Shown: in pieces, positions 26,995 to 38,000 of the stretch
Layout: each line of letters starts with the position of its first letter
How positions within the stretch are numbered: the stretch's first letter is position 1
Origin: Cycas panzhihuaensis
Lineage: Eukaryota; Plantae; Cycadophyta
Assembly (NCBI GenBank): GCA_023213395.1
Contig: CM041465.1
Span: 205,537,741-205,601,740, forward strand
Length of the DNA stretch: 64,000 bases
Reading direction: 5' to 3'
Made by a program: the position numbers and the translations under genes
The notes under the pieces: model-generated
The model's database searches: none
Told to the model about the DNA's origin: nothing
What the model saw: the letters and a program-made list of their open reading frames with translations, nothing else

Positions 26995-29900
26995 TGTAGA
27001 ATGTAACAAAGATAAGAGCAAAGTAGTGAATACAAGTATTCAAGCCATATTGCAATGCACAATTAAATTATTGTATTAATCCATATTGCTCAAAATGATA
27101 ACAATTTTATAGTATGGGTGGTGTTGAAGAACACCGAGGGTTTTGGCTTCAAAGATTATATTTATGAGGCATGCGGGACCCTGCCTCAACCTTAAATTCA
27201 AAATAATATATAAAATAAATAACTTACCATAAAATAATGTTACCTTGAGGGCTATGGTGGCATGCACACTCTTAATGTAGTGTTAGGTGATGAACATTAA
27301 CCTAACATTCTCCCTTTAATACTCATCACATGCATCTTCAACTTTTCTTTGAATTTATGATATTAATACTTTAGAAAATCTTTGAGAGAGAGATTGAATA
27401 TATGTCCTTTAGCTTTGTCACCATCTTTGAAGTTATCATCAACTTACATTATTGTTCTTGGGATGTAGTTTTCTTGATCTTTTGCCTTATGAGAGTTAAT
27501 CTAGTCAAAGATACACATAACCTTATTAAATGTAATAATGTGATCTTTAATTTTATTAGAGTCTTTAATATTACATGCAACATTATCCATTTAAATAATA
27601 TTCACCTGCTCTAACATCTATCTCATATGAAAAGCATCATCAATATAATTAGTACCATCTAGTTCTAAATTATCTCCCCCATAAATTGATTCCAAGGTAT
27701 TCCATGCAGTTTTAGAAGTGGTCATTTCACTAATACTAGTGAATATAGTGTCATCTATTATATAGAAAATTAAAACTAAAGTCTTATTATCCTTTCTTAT
27801 ATTTTCTTTAAATATTTCTTCTTCCTCTAAAGTAGAATTGACACTTAAATCATGATAACCATCATTTACATAATTCACAGATTTTTAGAGATAAGGAGTG
27901 TTTTTATCAAATTTTTCTGAAGTAAAAACCTAGTGCCATCAAATATGGGAATTATCATATCATCTAGATAAGTTACCATTATAAACACTATGATCTTATT
28001 AATCACAACATCTAATGAGAAATCAACTTGAAATAAGTAGTAAAACTCCTTTCATATAATCTTTCAATAAGATTTATTCTTACTCAATGAGATCAATGCA
28101 ATTAGGTAATGAGATAAAGTATATCCCCTATAAATAATGCAAGATAAATGTTCTCCTTTGAAATGAGATAAATATACGATAAATGATCCTTTCAAAATGA
28201 TATGCGAACCTTAAAAGATAAAGGCCTATAAAATGAGAAATATAATGTAATGCAATGCACCTTATTTGAGTTTTTAGGTACAATAGAGATGACCTTAAAT
28301 CAATTTTGAAGATGCATTACTAATGAGCCAATAAATAACTTAAAGTATACATGAATTTCAAATAGATGCCTTCTTAATCAATGGAAAGATAACTTAGTAA
28401 TAAAAGGAAGTATATCCTTTCAAATTGAATTTAATGAATGGTTTTATAAAATAACTCTCACAAGGATTCAAATGAGCTTTAAAAGGATTGAAGTGCTTTG
28501 AATGATATTATGCAACTAAATGCACCTTGAAATGCTTTTAAGAGCTAAAAAAAGTCTTCTATTTATTTCACTTTATAGATGAAACTATTAAGAATAAATA
28601 AATAATAGATGTTCTTCTATACGAGCTCTTTTAAATCAAAGAAAAATGCACGGTATGCTTATGAAAGTGATCTTGAAATATACTTCATTGTTTCACTTTA
28701 AATATGCCTTTTAAATCAATGCTTTAAAGAGGTAGAAAATGACCTTAAATAGGCAGAAAATATGCCTTAAATAAGCTCCAGAATCAAGTTTATAAGCTAA
28801 AAGATAAAGTGACAACTTTAGAATAGAGTTATAAGGAGTTTAAGTGTACTAGTTTGATGCTTTTGTTCCCAAAGGGGCTCCTTCTCTTTAAGAGGCCAAG
28901 GTAGGGTTAAATAGATGTAAAAATGAGTTGTGAGCCCCCAAAATAGATAAAAACTATGAACAATTGATTAGTAGCTCAATAATGAATAAGTATGATGAGT
29001 TAGAATGAAAAAATTGCTGAAATATTTAAAAATATGTCAAACAAAGATCAAACAAAAGCCTTGAATTTACTAGTTTTAAAACCCTACAAAATAATATTAG
29101 ATCTTATTAAAAATTATTTCAATGCATAGAGAATTGAAATACCTTTCTGACGGATCTAACCATTCAAAAAACAAACTCCTGGATCAAATGTTATAAAGAA
29201 AATAGTATAATGACTCATTTATGGCAAACTAGATAAAAGAGGGGGGGTTAAGCCTCTTAGCTGAGAAGCCCCTAGTTATGTCAGGGCCAATATGACCACA
29301 AGCTAAGGTCTAAAAGGGGCTCTAGAGTTAAAAATTTATAGAATACGATTAAACATTTTAAAAACCAAAATTATAAAAAGTAATTTATATTTATTTAGAA
29401 TCCACCTCTTAATCTTAAAAAACATGGTCACATAAAGGGGTCAATATGACTAAAAGCAAATACGAAGGGGGCTAAACTAAAACACATGCTTGGAATAAAA
29501 AATTTATTCAATATAATTAAATTTTTGGTAAAATTTAGAGAAAAATAAATTAAACAATAAAAAGAGTCTGCATGTTAATGGAGAAGACCTGCGGACAAAG
29601 AAATCGCAAAAAATATGAATAATGATTAATCAAAATGATCAAAACTTAAATCATTAGGGGGCATATCGATCAGACAATATATATATAGATATATAGATAT
29701 ATATATTTTAAAAATAAGGCATTAAGAAGAGTAAAAATAAAGAATAGGCGGCTGGCAGATTGTATACACATAGAGATAAAGAAATTGATCTAATTGATTG
29801 ATTGGAGGGCTAAGGAATCTCAAAGATAGATTTGTGGAGGGTACAGAGACTGGGTGTCCAAGTATATAGAGAAATTTTTTGAAAAGTGATGAAAAAATAG

Positions 29901-30906
29901 CAAAAAAAAAGAGTCAACCGATGGGATTCTTATAGAACTACAAAGAGTCTGAGGCTCAGAGCAAGATATCTCACAGATGGAGGGACAAAAACTCAAATCA
30001 TCTTCACTACTAGGTGGAGAACTCATTCATGGTCAGAACAAGCAATTATATGGCACAATTCTGATTGCTCAATAAGCAATAAGATCTTGATGAAGTTAGG
30101 TATAGTGGCCAATCCCTAGATTGAAGAAAAATATTTTAGAAAATAGAAAAAATTTAATAGATTCTGTACTAAGTGATTACTAGAAGTAGCCCAATCATTA
30201 GAGTAGTCACCTGGAGTTGATCAGAATCTAAAAAAAGAGTAAACATGATCCATACAGAGCTAAAACACTACAAAGGATGCATATAGGTCAAATGCAATAT
30301 ATATAAAAGAATATTAGATATATATATATATATATATATAAGGTTTCAAAACTAAATTATTAAATAATAAAAAAAATCAATGAAAGAAACATGGAGAGAT
30401 AACACCTAGACACAAAATAGAGCATATAGTTTACCATGTAAGGCTGTACAAAACCAGAATTCTAAATATGTAGATTATATCACATAATATATGAAAAAAT
30501 AATAATAGAAGATAAAGGTTTAATAGTACCAAATGAACTATCATATATTCAACATTTCTTGGAGCTTGCAAGTGAGTTGGCTCTAATACCAAATGAATAA
30601 TATAATAGAGATAAGAGTAGAGTAGTGAACATAAGTATTCAAGCCATATTGTAATGCACATTCAAATCATTGTATTAATCCATATTGGTTAAAATGATAA
30701 CAATTTTATAGTATGGGTGGTGTTGCAAAACATTGGGGATTTTGGCCCCAAAGATTATATTCATGATGTGGGCGGTAGTCCACCTCAACCTTGAATTTAA
30801 AATAATATAAAAAATAAATAACTTACCATAAAATAATATTACCTAGATGGCTATGGTGGCATGCACACTCCTAATGCAATGTTAGGTGATGAACATTAAC
30901 CTAACA
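26995..30906 (-). mobile_element. Non-autonomous copia derivative H (gag remnant only, pol deleted), inserted in the 5' LTR of G
   Basis: 313-bp LTRs 26995-27307 and 30594-30906; perfect TSD ATATG (26990-26994 / 30907-30911); reverse PBS GCTCTAATACCA 30580-30591; reverse PPT TTCTCCCTTTAAT from 27308. gag ~27400-27979 (ORF 27618-27878, KTAWNTLESIYGG). Confidence 0.92.
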
Positions 30907-31072
30907 ATATGTGATTTGTGACCCCCCTAAATTAACTCACTTATTAATTTAATATAAAATTAGTAGTAGTCTAACAAAAATAAATTGGCACACTTAAATT
31001 ATATGAAATACCTTAGGTAAGATACCCATAAGAGCTATCAATGCTAGAATTATAACAAACTCTGATATCACT

Positions 31073-31280
31073 TGTAGTGGATTGTTTATCCACTACTCAA
31101 AGTAAGTTTAAATTTGAAATTATTTCTTCAAAATTTGAATAGTTTATGTTGAATAAATCTAACATATGTACAATTATTTAAGGTGGTATAAATGAGAATG
31201 AAGTACCTCTTTTGATGAGACACACCTCTTAATGATTAATGTATTAATGAGGGTGAGTTAGAGTAGCAAGGTTTGTAATA
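31073..31280 (-). repeat. 5' LTR of element F
   Basis: TGTAG...TAATA, same length as 17727-17934, adjacent to the PBS. Confidence 0.9.
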
Positions 31281-32193
31281 GTTATACAAGTCATGCTATT
31301 TAGAATATCTAGAACACCTAATATTTAAGACACTAAGTAGGGTACTAATTAGGGTGGCTAGTTGAGTATATTAAGCACTTTGTTCTAGGCCTTATTTTTT
31401 GTATTTGATGACGAGATGAACTATTAGAGTTAGGGTGCCCATTTTATATGGTATTGTGTGATATTTGAGATTGAGAATGAATTGACTAGAGTAGTCGGTG
31501 TTCTATATAGGGCATCCATAACATATCTTGAGCATTAGATTAGACCCTAATCAAATGTATACTTTGCCATCTTGGCATGAAACTTATAGGATTAAAGTAT
31601 ATCTACGACTTGTTGTTTATGAGTGAGAGGTTCATACTAATTTTTTATTATGCAAAAAATTATTATCCAGGTGTACTACAATAAAGTATTTAATATATAG
31701 ATGAATGATATCATTCACAAGGTACATGAAGGTGGTGGGAGCTTTGATCAAGTTAAAAGTCATAACAATAACTCAAAGAGGTTACACTTAGCTTTGAAGG
31801 CAATTTTCCAAGTATTAATGGTCTTATTTTGTACCTAATATTAATTTGAAGCTAGGTTAATTTTGGTGAAGTAATTAGGTCCTTGTAACTAGTTTAACAA
31901 GTTATTAATAAGTGGAAGGTTATATTGGTTCTTCATTATGATGTTATTAATTGACCTATAATTAATGTATAAGTGCCAAGTTCCATCCTTCTTAGGTATA
32001 TGTAGGATTAGGGACCCACATAGAAAAGGGATTAGTTGAATGCAACCTTTCTCAATCAACTTTGTCAATTTTCTTTGTAATTTGATTGTTTTAGAGACTT
32101 GGATTTTATACACATACTTATTTAGTAAGGAAGAACCAAGAATGAGGTTAATTGAGTTTCGGATGGCATATGAGGGTGGTAAGTCGTTATAAT
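31281..32193 (-). mobile_element. Ty3/gypsy element E, RT part (continuation of 15967-17726)
   Basis: ORF 31889-32113 PKKDGTWHLYINYRSINNIIMKNQYNLPLINNLL. The sequence joins across the 17727-31280 insertion. gag and 5' LTR are missing. Confidence 0.8.
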
Positions 32194-35067
32194 TGATGAT
32201 TTATATTATGTTTATCATGTACTATAAATGTACTCTAGCTTGTAATCACTTAAAGTTATGCACTTTTTGTAATGTAATTTAGTTTATTTTCTTGGCAAGT
32301 TACTCTAGTTTATTTTCTTATTGAGTTACTTTTCATTTAAAAAGATTTATCTCACATTATAAAAGTGAAAGTAACAATGTCTTTTATACTTGTCTTTAAG
32401 CATGCTCACTTTAAGGAAATGATAAGTTGATCTTCATTCTTACGAGTTGTCTTCATTTATACATTTAATTATCTAATATCTCTTCAACTAGCTTCATTTG
32501 TTTCATTGTTGTATGTGAATTGCCTGTAAGTTCATATCAATTGTTATATGAGTTTGTAATTAATCTTGATTATTTTATCATTATAGTCTCATACTATTCA
32601 TGTTCATCACCAATGTAGAAATTTTAATATCTCTTGTGTTATTCTTATAACTAGCATACCATCACTACCTATTACCCCTCATAAAGGATAACATAGTTAA
32701 TAGAATTAATGATTTATTTATTAATTCACCTTGATATACTCTCTAAGTGTACTATAAATATTAGTCACTTTAGTAACACAATGTTATAATCATTAATTCA
32801 CCTTGATATACTTTTTAATTATATTATAAATATTAGTTACTCTAGTAATGTAATGTTATAAAGTACAAATATACTTTAACTTGTAACATAACATTCTGAA
32901 TTCTAGTTGAGGGGTTAAAAGCCTATTTTCACCAATGTAAGCATGTGTGATACTTAATGACCATAAAATCAACCTCTCATGCATGTGTGTCACTTTTCCA
33001 CCATGCATGAACTCTGTATTTTCTATATATCGAGGACCTCCCTTGGCAATCGCACACACATTCTTAGAAAGGTTGTTTGTTTTGTAAGTTGAGTTTTATG
33101 CTAATAAAGAGTTATTTTGGGGTTTGAACTTAATTTCTACCCCCTTAATTTCTTGAGATTTGATCATGCTTATATGCTTACAATTATCTATTTTTAGTGA
33201 TTTAGATCCTGGTAGAGAGAATAAGAAATCTATTTTCTCTTACTTGGTATTAAAGTATATTGTTTTCTTTATTTAATAGTGGGTTTTTATCACATTTTCT
33301 TATATTTTCTGCTAATTCTCTTCATTGACAAGTAGCTAAATATTATCAAACATCTACTACTCACTCTATTCTCATCTACTATTTTGTTCAGTAGAGAGTT
33401 ATCCTGTTCAATGTACGATTGTTATAACACTCATCGCATTTGTCATGTAGCTAAATTTATTTGTGGTAGCTTATTTTCTTATAAAAAATTCATTTATTCT
33501 CTTTAGGTACCCTCTAAATATCATCTGAACATTAATTCATCATTTTTTGCACCTTGATTCAATCAAAATGAATTCATTTTGATGAAATTTGGCTTATGTA
33601 GGCCATGCACTTAAGTTCAGAGGTTGATCGACCCTGTAATCCTTTTGGTGGATGAAACCCTAGTATATCACTACTCAAAACCATCCTCTCATCGAGTATT
33701 TTTTAGATCCAAAGTCAGATTTTTATTCAAGTGCTTTAGTAGTGAGAAATTTTCTCTCAAGCCACAAAAAAAAATTATCTTTGTTATGTTGCTTGAATTG
33801 GATTTTTCATTTTTACATATTTTTAAAACTTGATATTATATACTTTAAAATATTTTAAGAATATTCTCTTTTTAATTTTTTATTTTTTCTTAAAGTTCCT
33901 TTATTTTATTGTTTTAGCCCTATTTTAAACTCTTTTTTAATGCCTTTTTAGCCTTTTTTAGCTTTTTTTAAGCCCTAGTATTTTATTTTATCTTTTTAAA
34001 TTAAAAATATATTTTCAAGTTAAAAATACTAAAAATTTAATATTATTTTGAGTAGTTTTTACTTTTCTTAAGGATTTTTTAAATTTTTTCTCCTTTTAAA
34101 AATTAAATAAAAAATAATAAAAGTAATTAACAAGATTAATATATTTTTAAATTTAAAATATTAAAAAGATCAAAATATTGAATTAATTTTAAGACATTAC
34201 CAATCTTATAACGGGAATGATTAGGACCCTTGAAGCAATTAGTCATGCTTATGCATTTATTTTTCCTTGAACTCTATAGACTATAGGGGAAGGGTATTAT
34301 TATAAAGTGTATTGAGTAATAGGCTAAGGTATAAACCAAAACTTGGAGTTTAGAGACCAAGCTGGACCTAGAGATAATGAGTACTTTGTTTGTAAGTATG
34401 CCCTTAGATGATAACCTAATCATTAGACCATAAATCTAGTGTTGGTGGATCCACAGTGTCAAGGGGGCAATAGAGCCTTTTAATTCTCACATATTTATGG
34501 GTATATAAAGTCCCTTAATTGCTACTTATGAATATGTACACTATTATACAAGATCATCTCAACTAATAAGGGCTTATAAATAATGAGGCACTGAGACTTT
34601 TGATATTAGTTTAATAAACTTCTCTAGGTAAATAGGATATTGCTAATATAGATACATAACCAATCATTATGGCTCTTTAAATGATTGTAATAAATACCAT
34701 CAAATTATCTGGTAGTGATAATTTCTTAGCTTAGAAGAAACAAGTCAAGAACATACTTATAATAAACAAACTTTGGACTTCTGTTTCTAGTGCCACTCCT
34801 AAACCTAAACCTGTAGAAGATCCTAATAATCCTACTATTTTTGTACCACCTGATCCTATTACCCTTGCTACATTTAATAAAAATAATAGAGTTACACTCT
34901 CCTTTTTGCATCTTTCTTGTTAAGAAAAAATTGATTAAAATATTAAAATTGCCACCACCTCTACTAAACCTTGGAATATTATCTATGTATCATATGAAAG
35001 GAAAGACAATGCCAAAGCAAACATATTCAAAGAACAACTATACCACTCCTTATATTGGTTCAGTTGT

Positions 35068-38000
35068 TGATCCAGGAGGATCTACCATATGTCTACAGGA
35101 AGTAGAAAATGTTAGGCATTGGTACAACTGAAAGAAATAGGGTCAAATGATGCTAAACTAATATGAAATTTTATGGAATGGAAAAAGATGCATCCTACTA
35201 CATGTGTGTAAAAGGTGGGGTTCAAAAAAATATCATTTGATTAGATGGCAAGATTTGTTTTGTAGAAAATAGCCCCCACATCTAATGGAAAAAATAACAA
35301 ATACATATTATTTTTAAATTGATAAAAATAAGGGAAAATGATATCCAAATGAGCTAAAATTTTAAGTAAATAAAGGGGATATATGTACCTATACGTGTAC
35401 CAAATTTGAGCTTAATTAGAGTTTGTTAGACCTAGGTACCGAGTTGCAACTTTTTAGAATTATATGAATGCCACTTGGATAACATGCATTTTGGTTATTG
35501 GTGATTGGACTTGCATGAATGCCACTTGGAAAACATACATTTTGGTTTTAGTTCTATAAATTAAGCCCTCTTGAGCTCATTTTCGATGTTGGAGACTTGG
35601 TTCTTATGTGTGAGAGACACTTAACTTAGGAGCAATATTAAGGCAACACTTGCAAGGTGTTGGAGACCATAGAGGAGGTAAATTTCAGCACTTCAAGCAT
35701 CCATTTTGGAGAGTGGGAGCTTTATTGAATGAGTCTTGGGAAGTTAGAGGCCCCTTGTGGTATTATTATTATTTATTCATTGTAACTTGCCTATTCTTTG
35801 CTAATTATTTTTTTCCACCATTAAATGGAGGCTTTTCTAGCTTACCTTAGAGTAATAGCAAGTATGCATGAGTCGGTATAGAGTATTCTTTTATGGGTCA
35901 CTCTTTTATTAATATTATTAGGAATTTTACACAACACCTTAGGATATCAAGGAAAAATATTAGTAATTAATTTCTTCACCAATCACATTCCACTTTGGGA
36001 TCATATTTTTGGTATCAGAGTATATGGTCTTTATTGTAAGGACTTGAATGGTACAAATAAGGAAAATATATCAAGAGAAAAGAGAAGATTTTCTTGTGTT
36101 GTACTCACTAAGAAAACAAAGAAAAAATCCAATAACCATGGCTAAAAAAGAAGATGAAGAAATCATATTTGAGAAGCTTGAGAAAAACATAGAAGTTTTG
36201 ATGCAAATGATAACCCAACTTCTACCTCTAGTCAAGGGCAAAGGCAAAGAGAAGGAAGTTGAAGGAGGATCCATGTTATGACTACAACCATAAAAAAGAA
36301 GAAGAGGAGACCTTAAAGCACTCATTTGAAGAAAACAAGGGTACCTCATCTCATCAACCCTTCAAGGTAGTGTCAAAGTTGGACATTCCAACTTATGATG
36401 GAGTGGTAAATTCTAACAAGTTAGACCATTAGTTAAATCAACTTGAAACCTATTTCATAATTTATGCTTCTAATAATACTCAAAAGCTTTCATTTGCTAG
36501 GCTCAAGTTGTGTAAACATGCATTGACATGGTGGAATACATATTTGAAGACTCATGATGTATCTTCTTTTTCTTGGATGGATTTTAAGAAAGTAATAAAG
36601 AAGCAATACTATCCCATAGGTCATGAGGAAGACCAATGGGTCACTTAGCAATATTTACGCTAAGGGAGAGGTTCATGTATCCAAGATTATACTTCTTTAT
36701 TTTTCAAGTATGGCATGTTACTTGGTATTAATATGGATGAACATAGCACTCTTATAAAATTCATTGGAGGATTACATGATTACATAGGGAAGGAACTAAG
36801 GCTTTTTAAGGTTCAATCCATTGGAGAAGCAAGTAAAATGGCTATTGCAATAGAAAGTAAAAGCAAGAAACCTACATTCATATCTAAAGATTCTACTTTT
36901 ACTTCTAATAAGTATGAAAATCATCCTAAATTACACTCATTTAAAAGATAAGAAGGAAATAAGAAAAGAAATAATTTTGTTCAAAGTTCTAATTATTGTG
37001 AGCATTCTGATATTAGTGGTCATGTTGTAGCAAAGTATTGGAAGTTGTATCTAGAGCTAAAGCCAAAGTATATTAAGGATATGAAATTTAAAAAGAAGGA
37101 AAAATGGAAATCACTACTTTCTGAGGTGGATCTTCAAAGTGAAGGAGAAGAAGAGAAGGTTACTCTACTTACAAATTATGGAGATGATACTACAAGGGAG
37201 GAACTATTTCACTTGAAGCTTCAAGTAGGAAATAATACTATTGGTACCCCTATAGATCTAGAAAGCCAAAAGAATTTGATCTCAAAAAATTTGATGAAGA
37301 GCCTTGGGTTGGTAACCACTCCTCACCCTAACCTATATCCTCTTGGTTGGATTCATAAAGATGTGGAAATATAAACATCAAAGTAATGCACACTTAAATT
37401 TTTCATAACTAATGCTTTTGTTAATGAAGTGATATGTGATGTGGTACCATTAGATGTGTGTCATGTTGTACTTGGGAGTCCCTACTTGTGGGATCGAGAT
37501 ACACTCTTCTATCAAAGGGAGAGAAAGTACTAGTTGATAAAGAATAACAAGGGCTTCATCATAAAGGTTACAAAGAAGCACATGGATAAGATGACATTAA
37601 TTTCAGCCACTCAAGCAAAAAGGATAATCAATGCATGTGGCAAATTTATCATCTTAATGGCAAGGAGTAAAGAAGAGCTAAGAGATGAAGGAGGCCCTTC
37701 TACTCACACTCTTCTTGTATCACCCAAACAAATGCAACAAATTAAGGAGTTGAAGACAAGGTATGATATTCTATTTCAACATGTTGATAGGTTACCACCA
37801 AAGAGAAAGATAGAGCATGAATCACTCTTGTAGGAGATGCACCATTACCTAATGTTGCTTTGTATAAGCACTCCATCGTAGAGAATAATAAGGTAAAGAG
37901 GCAAGTTGAGGAGTTGCTTGATCAAGGGATCATAAGACCTTCATGTTCACCTTGTGCGTCACCAATTATCTTGGTGTCTAAGAAAGATGGAGGATGGAGA

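Larger units (their letters stand above)
20760..30976 (-). mobile_element. Full-length decayed Ty1/copia element G
   Basis: 3' LTR 20760-21001; 5' LTR split into 26819-26994 and 30907-30976; reverse PBS GCTATGAGACCA 26807-26818; reverse PPT TTCCCTTTTAAT from 21002; TSD GGAAT/AAAAT. Confidence 0.88.
17727..31280 (-). mobile_element. Non-autonomous gypsy derivative F (gag plus protease only, TR-GAG-like) with 208-bp LTRs
   Basis: LTRs 17727-17934 and 31073-31280; TSD GTTGT/GTTAT; reverse PBS ACTCTGATATCA 31059-31070; reverse PPT CCTCCCCTTTC ~17939-17949. Protease remnant VILIEPKSTHNF ~18540-18575 and gag ~18700-19650. Confidence 0.83.
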
